From the NCBI GenBank assembly GCA_030390025.1, contig CM059432.1, positions 67,458,001 to 67,522,000 on the forward strand: DNA of 64,000 nucleotides, read 5' to 3'. The position numbers and the translations under genes are program-made. Positions 23,937 to 35,479 of this stretch are shown one piece after another. The stretch comes from Squalus acanthias (lineage: Eukaryota). The notes under the pieces are model-generated. The model worked only from the letters and a program-made list of their open reading frames with translations, had not been told where the DNA came from and searched no databases. The first letter of the stretch is position 1. Every line of letters starts with the position of its first letter.

Positions 23937-26919
23937 GGGAACGGTAGCATAGTGGTAATGTCACTGGACTAGGAATCCTGAGGCCGGGACTAATGATCCA
24001 GAGACATGAGTTCAAATCCCACCTAGGGAATTTAAATTCAATTAAATAAATCTGGAATAAAAAGCTAGTATCAGTAGTAGTGGTGACCATGAAATCCATC
24101 TGGTTTACTAATGTCCTTTAGGGAAGGAAATCTGCCATCCTTATCTGATCTGGCCTATATGTGATTCCAGACCCACAGCAATGTAGTTGACTCTTAACTG
24201 CCCACTGAAATGGCCGAGCAAACTGTTACAAGAAACAATAATAAGAATAAAACCAGATGGACCACCTGGCATCGACCTCGGCACCGGACACGGCAACGGT
24301 ATACTCAGCCCAGTCGACCCTGCAAAGTCCTCCTCACCAACATCTGGGGACTTGTGCCAAATTGGGAGTCCCACAGACTAGTCATACTCACAGAATCATA
24401 CCTTTCAGCCAATGTCCCAAACTCATGCACCAGCAGGACAGACCCACCAGGGTTGGTGGCACAGTGATATACAATCAGGAAGGAGTGGCCCTGGCAGTCC
24501 TCAACATTGACTCTGGACCCCATGAAGTCTCATGGCTTCAGGTCAAGCATGGGCAAGGAAACCTCCTGCTGATTACCACCTACCACCCTCCCTCAGCTGA
24601 TGAATCAGTACTCCTCCATGTTGAACACCACTTGGAAAAGTAGCAAGTGCACAGAATGTACTCTGGGCGCGGGACTTCAATGTCCATCACCATGAGTGGC
24701 TTGGTAGCACCACTGCTGGTCGAGTCCTGAAGGACCCAGCTGCAAGTCTGGGCCTGCGACAGGTGGTGAGAGAACCAACATGAGGGAAAAACCTACTTGA
24801 CCTCATCCTCACCAATCTACCTGTGCACGACAGCATTGGTAGCAGTGGACAACGCACAGTCCTTGTGGAGATGAAGTCCCGTCCTCGCATTGAGAATACC
24901 CTCCATCGTGTTGTGTGGCACTACCACCGTGCTAAATGGGATAGATTCAGAACAGATCTAGCAGCTCAAAATTAGGCATCCATGAGGTGCTGTGGGCCAG
25001 CAGCAGAAGTGTATTCCACCATGGCCTGGCATATCCCTCACACCATCAAGCCAGGGGACCAACCCTGGTTCAATAAACTGTCCAAGAGCAGCACCAGGCA
25101 TATCTAAAAATGAGGTGCCAATCTGGGGAAGCTGCAACACATGCATGCTAAAAAGCGGAGGCAGCATGATATAGATAGGGCTAAGTGATCCCACAATCAA
25201 CGGAGCAGATCAAAGCTATCCAGTTGTGAATGGTGGTGGACAATTAAACAACTAACGGGAGGAGGAGGCTCCATAAATATCCCCATCCTCAATGATGGTG
25301 GAGCCCAGCACGTGAGTGCAAAAGACAAGGCTGAAGCGTTTTCAGCCAGAAGTGCCGAGTGGATGACCTCCTGAGGTCTCCACCATCATAGAAGCCAATC
25401 TTCAGCCAATTCGATTCACTCCACGTGATATCAAGAAACGGCTGAGCGCAGTGAATACAGCAAAGGCTATGGGCCCCGACAACGTGCTGAAGACTTGTGC
25501 TCCAGAACTAGCTGCACCTCTAGCCAAATTGTTGCAGTACAGCTACAACACTGGCATCTATCTGACAATGTGGAAAACTGCCCAGGTATATCCTGTCCAC
25601 AAAAAGCAGGACAAATCCAACCCGGCCAATTACCGCCCCATCATTCTACCCTCAATCATCAGAAAAGTGATGGAAGGTGTCATTGACAGTGCTATCAAGC
25701 GGCACCTACTCACTGATGCCCAGTTTGGGTTCTTGCCAAGACCACTCGGCTCCCGACCTCATTACAGCCTTGGTCCAAACATATACAAAGGAGCTGAATT
25801 CCTGAGGTGAGAGTGACTGCCCTTGACCGAGTGTGGTATCAAGGAGCCCTAGTAAAACTAAAGTCAATGGGAATCGGGGGGGTAAACGCTCCACTGGCTG
25901 GAGTCATACCTAGCACAAAAGAAGATGGTTGTGATGGTTGAAGGTCAATCATCACAGCCCCAGGACATCGCTGCAGGAGTTCCTCAGGGCAGTGTCCTAG
26001 GCCGAACGAGCTTCATCAATGACCTTCCCTCCAACATAAGGTCAGAAATGAGGATGTTCGCTGATGACTGCACAGTGTTCAGCGCCATTCACAACTCCTC
26101 AAATAATGAAGCAGTCCAGGCCCGCATGCAACAAGACTTGGACGCTTGGGCTGATAAGTGGCAGGTAACATTCACGCCAGGCAATGACTATCTCCAACAA
26201 GCGAGAGTCTAACCACCTCCCCTTGACATTTAACGGCATTACCATCGCCGAATACCCCACCATCAACATCCTGGGGGTCACCATTGACCAGAAACTTAAC
26301 TGGACCAGCCACATAAATACTGTGGCAACAAGAGCAGGTCAGAGGCTAGGTATTCTGCGGCGAGTGTCTCACCTCCTGACTCCCCAAAGCCTTTCTACCA
26401 TCTACAAGGCACAAGCAAGGAGTGTGATGGAATACTCACCACTTGCCTGGATGAGTGCAGCTCCAACAACACTCAAGAAGCTCGACACCATCCAGGACAA
26501 AGCAGCCCGCTTGATTGGCACCCCATCCACCACCTTAAGCATTCACTCCCTCCACCACTGGTGTACCGTGGCTGCAGTGTGTACCATCTACAAGATGCAC
26601 TGCAGCAACTCGCCAAGGCTTCTTCTGCAGCCCCTCCCAAACCCGCGACCTCTTCCACCTAGTAGGGCAAGGGTAGCAGACGCATGGGAACACCACCTCC
26701 TCCAAGTTCCCCTCCAAGTCACACACCATCCTGACTTAGAAGTATATCGCCGATCCTTCATCGTCGCTGGGTCAAAATCCTGGAACTCCCTACCTAACAG
26801 CACTGTGTGGGAGTACCTTCACCACACGGACTGCAGCGGTTCAAGAAGGCGGCTCACCACCATCTTCTCAAAGGCAATTAGGGATGGGCAATAAATGCTG
26901 GCCTTGCCAGCAACGCCCA
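23937..26919 (+). mobile_element. Apparently full-length single-ORF LINE (APE + RT, CR1/Zenon-like) with tRNA-derived 5' head
   Basis: tRNA-like head at 23937-24025 and ATG at 24210. APE motifs LLTNIWGL, ILTESYL, GGTVIY, GDFNVHH and LLDLILTN. RT motifs KAMGPD, NYRPI, GVPQGSVLG and FADD. 3' UTR shared with the SINEs. Many small deletions and stops. Confidence 0.88.
23945..24020 (+). promoter_or_regulatory. RNA Pol III type-2 internal promoter (A and B boxes)
   Basis: A box TAGCATAGTGG at 23945-23955 and B box GAGTTCAAATCCC at 24008-24020. Confidence 0.75.
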
Positions 26920-27931
26920 TGTGGGATCGCAAATTAGGCCTGTGAAACGAAACCTATATCCCCTAGTCTTTAAATATATATTAACCAAGGCTGTAGGGCA
27001 GTAATATTAGAAATCATGTTTAAAGGATAGTTAATTCACTTATAGAGAGATATCAACACGTACATATAGCTTTTAGATAGTTGTAAAGCATGATGGACTA
27101 TTTGGTTCATTATATTAACCCTTTTAAATAATACTGAAAGAAGTGTTGCTCCCTGCAGCCAGATTGTCGGATTCATAGCTTACTTTCTAGGCATTTTAGA
27201 AGGTCATTATCAGTGCTACAGAAGCAGTGTTTATACGTAGTTGGCCTTTGGAAGAGATAAGGGAAACTGAACTGTACAGGGAGTCGACCATTTCTCGCTT
27301 GGTCTCAAACACCTTATCTCCCTTTGGAGCGGACCTTGTTTATCATAATAAGCTTCTCTCGAGAATTAACGAAGTATTGGTTAGATACAACAATATGGGA
27401 AAGGAAAGATAAGCGTGGTACGACCTTGTTTAAGAGACAAGATGGAGTCTGGTAGACCTCGCTCCCAGAGACTAGATGAAGGCCCCATGTATAACAACTA
27501 TGTGTTATGTTTAATGTCACAGAACATTTCAGGGCGGCTCCCAACATTGAGTGACTGATCATTAGCCAATAAGGGAGCAATGGTAGCGAAGCTGTTTGTA
27601 TGTGTACGCCCACTTTTGTAACCTGTGGGTGTTGCCTATCGAAAGGTATATCAATGCTTGTATGTAGTTTTTCCTTTGAGAGTTGGGTTCGAGTCTGAGG
27701 AGATCAACCTCTCTCCCTTTGTGCACAAAGCCTTCTGGCTAGTTTCTAATAAACTTTTACTTTGTCTTCAGTTCCGTCTCCGTCTGGTTTTGCTCCAAAA
27801 TTCGATGTAACAGTAAGGCTCGTTGGTGAGTAATTGGGATGCCGGGAGCGGGGGTGACCTCTTAGGACTTTAATTAGTCCCGGTGGACTCGAATTGGGCC
27901 CCTGTGAAAAAGTCCCAATTCTGATCTAACA
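26920..27931 (+). mobile_element. 5' LTR of an ERV-like element (~1.0 kb)
   Basis: TG...CA ends, TATA-like element at ~27645 and AATAAA at ~27748. Followed 2 bp later by a PBS. Confidence 0.8.
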
Positions 27932-27933
27932 GT

Positions 27934-27951
27934 TGGTGCCAGAAGTGGGAT
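27934..27951 (+). other. Primer binding site complementary to tRNA-Leu 3' end
   Basis: TGGTGCCAGAAGTGGGAT versus the tRNA-Leu complement TGGTGTCAGAAGTGGGAT (1 mismatch), immediately after the LTR. Confidence 0.8.
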
Positions 27952-28799
27952 ACTGGACTGGAATGTTGGGTGCGGTGGTTGAGGGTCACTCCTTAAGAGA
28001 ATTGTTGGAGTTGGGCTTTTCCTGGACTCCCTGTTGCCAATCCCTCGTGGCGAGTCGCGCTCGCAAAATAAGCACCAGCCAGGCACAGTATTAAATTATC
28101 CACGTAGTTAAATTACTCCTCACGGAGACTCACGGGTTGACGGAATTGACTAGACCTAACTGTGTGTATTCCGATTTAAAGTATAAGTGTTTGTCATTGT
28201 TCTGCTTGAGTGTTTGTCATTGTTGAGAGTCACGGGTGATCGACACGGACAAGGGTGGTTGGTTGTCTATCTCAAACACCTAGCCTGAGCCTGAATTAAG
28301 AGGACGTAGTCCCACGTGATGGCCAGGATCAAGTAGGTGTAGGGAACTTCGAACACACCACAGGATCGTGATCCCGTGACGAGTAAGAGGGAAAAAAAAG
28401 ATAGAGCATAAGGTGATACGTTTGTGCCGATTAAAGTATAAGATTAGACTAAAGTAAGTTAAAGTATAAGATAAAGCATAAGGATATACGTGATTATAGG
28501 TATGAGTGACGAGGGGAAACCCCTTTCACTGGACGTTCCGGCTATGGCCACCAGTGTCACTGTTGTTAAGCGGGTCCAAGAGGCTAATCTGAAATACCAG
28601 AGTGAGATGTACCAACTGCGGTCGCTTCGGACACACTCGGGCTGCTTGTTTCAAAAAGGGTGGGGGAAGGGAGGGACAGGGACCCCGAAAACTTGGATCA
28701 CAGGGACCACAAAGGGGGGTGCTGTCTGACTGAGAGTTGGAAGGACTACGGGCCCTCCTCCTCCCGCCACCAGCTCCTCACCACGATTAGGATACCCCG

Positions 28800-29198
28800 G
28801 TCTCCTCTGTCGGAGGACCAGGGGCCACCCGCCCGTGTCTAAATGTACTGTTAGGAGGCCGGCAGTATTGTGCTCTTATAGACACGGGAGCCTCGGTGTC
28901 GATAACCGACTCGAAATTCCCTACAATAGATCAAACCATCCAAGTAAGCGGGGTTAGTGGAGAAAGTGTGATCCTCCATCGGAGTGTTCCGATTCCATTG
29001 CAATTATCCCCAGAAAGCCGAACCTGGTGGGTCACTCTTTGGGTAGGTCCCATCAGTGAGGGCCTGATTTTAGGTATGGATGTCTTGCACCAGATAGAGG
29101 CAAACCTGCTCTTAAGTGACCACCTATTGGAAATAGTAGGACCAGATGGTGGGAGATTTCCCTTCCTGGAAAATCAGGCCAATAAATTTCAGGGTTAA
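28800..29198 (+). pseudogene. pro: Retroviral aspartic protease
   Basis: In frame upstream of ORF 28896: RPCLNVLLGGRQYCALIDTGASVS, then VSGVSG (flap) and ILGMDVL. Confidence 0.85.
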
Positions 29199-29249
29199 AT
29201 ATCTACAGGAGGCACAGGATGATAAAAGAATGGAGGGAGTTTGGAAAAT

Positions 29250-29420
29250 ACCACCTAGTGTGGGACAGTGGGTGATGGTTCAGCGACCGGTTCGAGGTAC
29301 GTTTGAGCCACGGTGGGATGGACCTTTCCAGATCCTCCTTAGTACAGGAACCTCCGTTTGCCTGCAAGAAAAATTAGATGTAAGGTGGAGACACTGGAGC
29401 CAGACTAAGCCAGTGATGGC
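29250..29420 (+). pseudogene. Retroviral integrase C-terminal (GPY/F) fragment
   Basis: VGQWVMVQRPVRGTFEPRWDGPFQILLSTGTSV...WRHWSQTKP. Confidence 0.8.
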
Positions 29421-29553
29421 GCCCGGGGAAGGAATTTCCCCGACCCTCAGGACCCCTAGGGCTGAGGAAAAAAAAACCCTGCAGACTGGATTCTGTCATT
29501 TTCAGTGTACTGTCACTTTAAAAGCCTGTGCTTTCCTTCTCAAGGTCACAGGC

Positions 29554-29557
<4 letters not shown>

Positions 29558-29585
<28 letters not shown>
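29558..29585. repeat. (CT)n microsatellite
   Basis: Visible directly in the sequence. Confidence 0.9.
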
Positions 29586-29588
<3 letters not shown>

Positions 29589-29892
29589 GAAGAGTGTTGT
29601 TGCTACATAAAAAAAATCTGATTGAAGTGAATGGAATGTATGTGCCTGTCAGCTGAGGCAATGAATTATCAAATGATTATTAATAATGCGAATAACTTTA
29701 TTTTCCTCCAAGTGTTTGATTAGGACCAAGTCCGGAAAATTACGTAGAGTCCTCGAGTTGTTATTTGCCTTGTGTTTTTCTTACAGACGTTCCACCCGGC
29801 CTCAGTACTGTTACCACTTCTGGGGATACCGACCCTCCAACAACGCAAAGTATTCTCCCCTTCGACTTGAAGTGGTATTATATTAAACACTA

Positions 29893-30256
29893 TGGCATGG
29901 CCAGCATTTATTGCCCAACCCTAATTGCCCTCGAGAAGGTGGTGGTGAGCTACCATTTCAGAGGGCAGTTAAGAGTCAATCATATTGTGGGTTTTGAGTC
30001 ACATATAGGCCAGACTGGGTAAGGACGGCAGATTTCCTTCCCTAAAGGACATCAGTGAACCAGATGGGTTTTTATGACAATCCGGTAGTTTCATGGTCAC
30101 CATTATTGATAATAGCTTTTTATTCCAAATTTTTTTAATTAACTGAATTTAAATTCTCCAGCTGGTATGGTGAGATTTAAACTCACATCTCTGGATAATT
30201 AGTCTAAACCTCTGGATTACTAGTCCAGTAACATAACCACTATGCTACCGTTCCCC
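29893..30256 (-). mobile_element. tRNA-derived SINE, second internal-deletion derivative of the tRNA-headed LINE
   Basis: Same head and body. Junction ctgaaatgg|tagctcaccaccacc at ~29952 differs from the 11433 junction. Confidence 0.88.
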
Positions 30257-30656
30257 CTTTCATATCCCTTTCTTTCGTCTTTCAGGGCCTTCACGCATAC
30301 ACCAAGTGTCACAGAACATCCATGAGGATGATTCCTCAGAGGACCTCATTCCTTCTGAGGAGGCACAGTCACAGGACATACTGCCATGCACCAGCACAGA
30401 TACTCTCACTTCGGTGGGTCCACTTAGACAGATAGTTGGGTTTTTACCTGGTAATTCACACCTCACAAGTGAACACGAGCAGACACTGATGGCTCTGCTC
30501 AGCTGGACACAGGTACTGAAGCCTATCATTGAGAAGGAGAATGCTGGAGGTGCATCAGCAAATTCACCAGGTACTGACAGATGTGCCATGCACACTCTAT
30601 AGCGGAGAGGATGGAGGAGTCCAATTTGATGGCTAATGGATTGGTGGCGCAGGGAA

Positions 30657-31587
30657 TTTTTTTTTAATTCGTTTATGGGATGTGGGCATCGCTGGCAGGG
30701 CCAGCATTTATTGGCCATCCCTAATTGCCCTTGAGAAGGTGGTGGTGAGCCACCTTCTTGCCCCACAGTGCTGTTAGGGAGGGAGTTCCAGGATTTTTCC
30801 CCAGTGACGATGAAGGATCGGCGCTATACTTCTAAGTCAGGATGGTGTGTGACTTGGAGGGGAACTTGGAGGTGGTGGTGTTCCCATGCGTCTGCTGCGC
30901 TTGTCCTTCTAGGTGGAAGAGGTTGCGGGTTTGGGAGGGGCAGCAGAAGAAGCCTTAGCGCGTTGCTGTAGTGCATCTTGTAGATGGTACACACTGCAGC
31001 CACGGTGCGCCGGTGGTGGAGAGAATGAATGTTTAAGGTAGTGGATGGGCTGCCAATCAAGTGGGCTGCTTTGTCCTGGATGGTGTCGAGCTTCTTGAGT
31101 GTTGTTGGAGCTGCACTCATCCAGGCAAGTGGAGAGTATTCCATCACAATCCTTACTTGTGCCTTGTAGATGGTGGAAAAGCTTTGAGGAGTCAGGAGGT
31201 GAGACACTCGCCGCAGAATACCTAGCCTCTGACCTGCTCTTGTTGCCACAGTATTTATGTGGCTGGTCCAGTTAAGTTTCTGGTTAATGGTGACCCCCAG
31301 GATGTTGATAGTGGGAGATTCAGCGATGGTAATGCCATTGAATGTCAAGGGGCAGTGGTTAGACTCTCGCTTGTTGGAGATAGTCATTGCCTGGCACTTC
31401 TGTGGCGCGAATGTTACCTGCCACTTATCAGCCCAAGCCTGAACGTCATCCAGGTCTTGTTACATGCGGGCATGGACTGCTTCGTTATCTGAGGAGTTGT
31501 GAATGGTGCTGAACACTGTGCAGTCATCAGCAAACATCCCCATTTCTGACCTTATGTTGGAGGGAAGGTCATTGATGAAGCAGCTGA
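30657..31587 (-). mobile_element. 5'-truncated copy of the tRNA-headed LINE family
   Basis: ORF 30824-31387 is nearly identical to 26184-26894. The 3' UTR and poly(A) are at 30657-30760. Confidence 0.9.
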
Positions 31588-31746
31588 GACAGCAGCTGCA
31601 ATAAGTGAGCTTCTATTCAGATGGGACAATGACAAGTTTAAATACCCACCTGACCTGCTATTCAAATTCGCCTCCTTTTCCAAGCCCTGGGAAACCCATG
31701 TTGCTCAAGTAAAATTTGGAGCCAAGTTAAAAACAATTTAAAATAC

Positions 31747-32640
31747 AAAAGCAAAATACTGCGGATGCTGGAAATCTGAAATAAAAACAGAAAATGCTGG
31801 AAATACTCAGCAGGACAGGAAGCATCTGTGGAGAGAGAAACAGAGTTAACGTTTCAGGTCGATGACCCTTCGTTAGAACTGGAAAAAGTTGGAGATGGAA
31901 CAGGTTTTTAAGCAAGTGTAGGAGCAGGGAAAGGGGGGAGGGGAGGAAAGAACAAAAGGGAAGGTCAGTGATAGGATGGAAGGCAGGAGAGATTAAGAGA
32001 CAAAAGGGATGATGGTGCAAGGCAAAAGGAGATGGTAATGGGACAAGTTAAGAAACAAAAGATTACTCTAGATGAAGTGTAAATGGCAATGGCAGAATGA
32101 TCGACAGCTGATATGTGAGAGAGAAAAATAATGATAGGGGCCGAGGTTATGGTCTGAAATTGTTGAGTCCAGAAGGTTGTAAAGTGCCTAATCGAAAGAT
32201 GAGGTGCTGTTCCTCGAGCTTACGTTGAGCTTCATTGGAGCAGTGTAAGAGGCCGAGGACAGAGAGGTCAGAGTGGGAGTGGAGCGGAGAATTAAAGTGA
32301 CGGGCGACCGGAAGCTCGGGGTCACCCTTACAGATTCAACGGAGGTGTTCTGCAAAGCGGTCACCCAATCTGCATTTGGTCTCCCCAATGTAGAGGAGAC
32401 CGCATCGTGAGCAGTGAATACAGTATACTAAATTGCAAGAAGTACAAGTAAATCACTGTTTCACCTGGAAGGAGTGTTCGGGGCCCTGGACAGTGGGAAG
32501 GGAGGACGTAAAAGGGCATGTGTTGCATCTCCTGCGCTTGCATGTGAAGGTGAGGGAAGGGTGGAAATTGGAAGCAAAGTGAATGAAATTTTCTAGTTCA
32601 GGGCGAGAGCAGGAAACGGCACCAATACAGTCATCAATGT
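31747..32640 (-). mobile_element. Penelope-like element, 3' part with GIY-YIG endonuclease remnant
   Basis: 15-bp TSD AACAATTTAAAATAC at 31732-31746 and 32641-32655. Minus strand ~32340-32470 reads FTCTSCNLVYCIHCSRCGLLYIGETKCRLGDRFAEHL. Degenerate hammerhead at ~31843-31882. Confidence 0.9.
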
Positions 32641-32889
32641 AACAATTTAAAATACCTCATTAATGTCTCCCAAGGACATTAATTGTGCAATAAGTACCCG
32701 CCCGTATCCCATTAGGAAATCCCCAACTTCGGTGTGTAGGTTTCTCGCCGGCAATTAAATGTGCCTCCGTTAAACACAGAAGTGGGTGCATTGGAGCCGG
32801 GTTGCGTTCCCGGTCTGAAAAATATCAACAAGTGTTACCCCCCCACCCGCTCCCAACCCACCTGTTCTTGGGGATTGAAATTCCCCCCG

Positions 32890-33437
32890 CAGCATCTGAA
32901 CCAGGAAATGTAAGTTAGAATAGTTAATTCAATGCCAAATCAGGTGTAGAAAGCAAAAAAAAGAGAGAGAAAGAAAGATGGGATTGAGAGAGATAAGAGA
33001 GAGAAAGTAAAAAAAAATTAACATTTTAAATTTAAAAAAAATCTCCAACAATAATAAAAATCTGAAGGAATGTGACTCCACGCTTGTAAAAGTTAATTTT
33101 CAGTGCCAGAGAGGTTGTTTGGCAGTAATTAAGACTTAGCACACCATTAAAAATATACTTACACTGGAATGGACAAGCCCTAACTTTTTCTGGTGAATTT
33201 AATGGATATTTATCACGCAAGTACTGCAACTTCATGCCATTCCATGTATTTGAATGCAACATCTTTTGGTGAGATATGGGATAGCGAAGCTTGTGGAGGA
33301 ACAGCGCAACTGACAGTAACGTCCTGATTTCCACGTTTAACTGCGCATGTGCGGTCGCCATAAGGTGCTGTCCGATTTATTCTTTAACAACGGTGAGCAC
33401 TGATAGCCTTAGTGTTATTTTAACGCAAAATCCAGGC
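32890..33437. mobile_element. Non-autonomous DNA element fragment (homolog of 15900-18437)
   Basis: Colinear with 16130-16356 plus 18130-18437. Ends gcaaaatccaggcc. Confidence 0.6.
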
Positions 33438-34450
33438 CAATATTTTTTGATTGGTTCCTGGAAAAAATTTAACTACTACTGTCTTTACCAGCAGAAGGTA
33501 GATAAATAAAGAAATGAGGGCCCTCACATACCACACGTAGATAATAAAATCTCTACTTATAATATGAGGGAACAGCTCTTTACTTTTGATGCCCAGATGT
33601 CAGCCCTGATCCCCCATACACCCTTGCTGAGCAAGATTTTGGCCCTCACCTCCTCCGAACAAGATTTAAACCCTCTCCCGCTCCAGCTAGCTGGAATTTC
33701 CATCCCATCCTAACCAAAAAGACTGGGAAATCCCATATCCTGGATGTGCACATGATGTATGATGTTGAGTGTCCATTTATACAGGCACATAGCAGTGATG
33801 TCATACTACTGTATTATCACAAATCAGCAAGGTATGTGGAGCTAGGAAGCCTCATTTCCATTTCCATGAAATTAGCACCTGTACTCAGAATTAGCCTTTT
33901 GCTCCACCAAGTTGGGAAATCCAGAGCCGTGCATTCACAGCACATTTTAAGCGCACAGCCTCTGATCACCATTCCCCCCACACACAGCTTTGCCACTGGC
34001 ACACAAGAGTGGAAATGACCTTATAGATGTATAGATAGATTGTTCTCAAGTACTATCACAATAGCCATAACAGTACAGTTTTATTTCTGTACTTATAGCA
34101 AAATGGAGGCGACAAAGTAGAAGAAAATGAAAAGAGAGAATGCTGGAGAAGAGATGATAAAGGAAAACTTTACCACAGCAGGGTGTGGGATAATTAAGGA
34201 TGATGAGGAATAATGTGTTCTGTTCTAGGTTTTAGTAATTTGTATCATTCATCAAACAGTCATGGGCTAACAGACTAACACAACTGAATGCTAGATTGTA
34301 ATTTGCAATTTGCTGTCTAGCTGTGCAATGCTGCTGGCATCAGTGATTGCACAGCTATTACCAGTTTTGCTTATTGGTATAATGATTACAAAGTAATTTT
34401 GTCTAGAAGTGTGATCTAGCCATTCTGAACAGTCTTGTGTGTAGATGAAA

Positions 34451-34781
34451 GGGTAGAAATTATTTTGGGCCTGTTTTCAGGCCTAGACTTGGCAAAGGAT
34501 GGGCAGCGCACGCCAGAACAGAGAGGCTGGCTTGAAATTAAGCCTTCGGGCCTCATCTAAATATTCTTGGCAAGTTGTCAGCACTTGTCGCATCTCCACA
34601 GTCAGCTTGCCCTTCAGGAGGATTGAATTTTGGATCACTTGCCTCGCTGGCAGTGACCACAGGTAAATCGGGGGGGTGGGTGTGGGGTAGGGCGAGATCG
34701 CGACGTTCAGCCCTGTAAAATTGTTGATTTTTGCACGTCTTCCGCCTGGAAAATGGATGCAACGATGCCCAATTTCTACCC
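34451..34781. mobile_element. Harbinger-type MITE
   Basis: TIR GGGTAGAAATT / AATTTCTACCC. Confidence 0.65.
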
Positions 34782-35119
34782 CAAACTATTTGCTGCAAAG
34801 ATTCCCTGTATTATGGAGGAGCTTATCAGATTGTCAATGCAATATGTGATTTCTGATATGAAATAGTTATACCTTGAAATTGTGCCATAATAATACTAAA
34901 CATGTCCATCTGGATTTCCTTTGTTATTTTAATTGGGTTAATATTTTAAATATTAGAGTGGATGAGGAAATCATACAGCACAATTTTAAGGCATTATTTC
35001 CTGCCAATGTTCTCTCCTCTCATGAAGACACTGCCGCCTTGCTGGAGTGTGGTTTTACAGGTGCCGGTTGTCCTCAGGTGACCATTCTGCACCTGTGAGC
35101 CTTGAATTTCAGGAACCTC

Positions 35120-35380
35120 TGACTGCAGTGGGAGTCTGATTCTGTCCTTACCCAACACCCACACACACAAACTTCCAGCAGGGGTCTCTGGATAGAGATC
35201 AGGAGTAGGAACCCTGGCTGATTTGCCATCCCTAATCCAATGTCACTCAAGCCCATTGTAGCATCCCTATCATTGTGCTGGCAAACAGCCAACTCAGTAT
35301 AGACCAGGGATCAAATCTGAATTTTTCTTTACTTGCTTGTCTTAGCTACTCACAGGGTAAACTCTCTCAACCATTGGGGA
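35120..35380 (-). repeat. Old SINE-like repeat (related fragment on + at ~10795-10925)
   Basis: Shares ccagggtt..ctgct...cctgctggaa.g..tgtgtgtgtgg with the 10815-10865 segment. Family not identified with certainty. Confidence 0.4.
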
Positions 35381-35479
35381 AACTCAAGACATCTTCTTAC
35401 ACAAAATATCTGCTATGTATGTTGTTGGATAATTCCTTCCTTATCCTTTAAATAGATTCGTACAACTGGAGACAGTAAT

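Larger units (their letters stand above)
30262..32888 (+). mobile_element. Harbinger remnant 6 (Myb exon-3 fragment 30286-30655; terminal region 31590-31746 and 32641-32888)
   Basis: Acceptor ctttcag followed by DDSSEDLIPSE...CTSTDTLTSVGP, homologous to 38243 onward and 58012 onward. Ends in TIR-like gaaattccccc. Confidence 0.6.

Noticed and set aside
23937..24025. Genuine tRNA gene
   Set aside because: The acceptor stem is not intact, and the sequence continues into a repeat body found in three copies.
31843..31882. Active hammerhead in the long PLE copy
   Set aside because: The core reads CTAACGA instead of CTGANGA, so it is probably inactive.
34957..35077. Possible exon VDEEIIQHNFKALFPANVLSSHEDTAALLECGFTGAGCPQ
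   Set aside because: Weak acceptor and donor, and no recognised protein.
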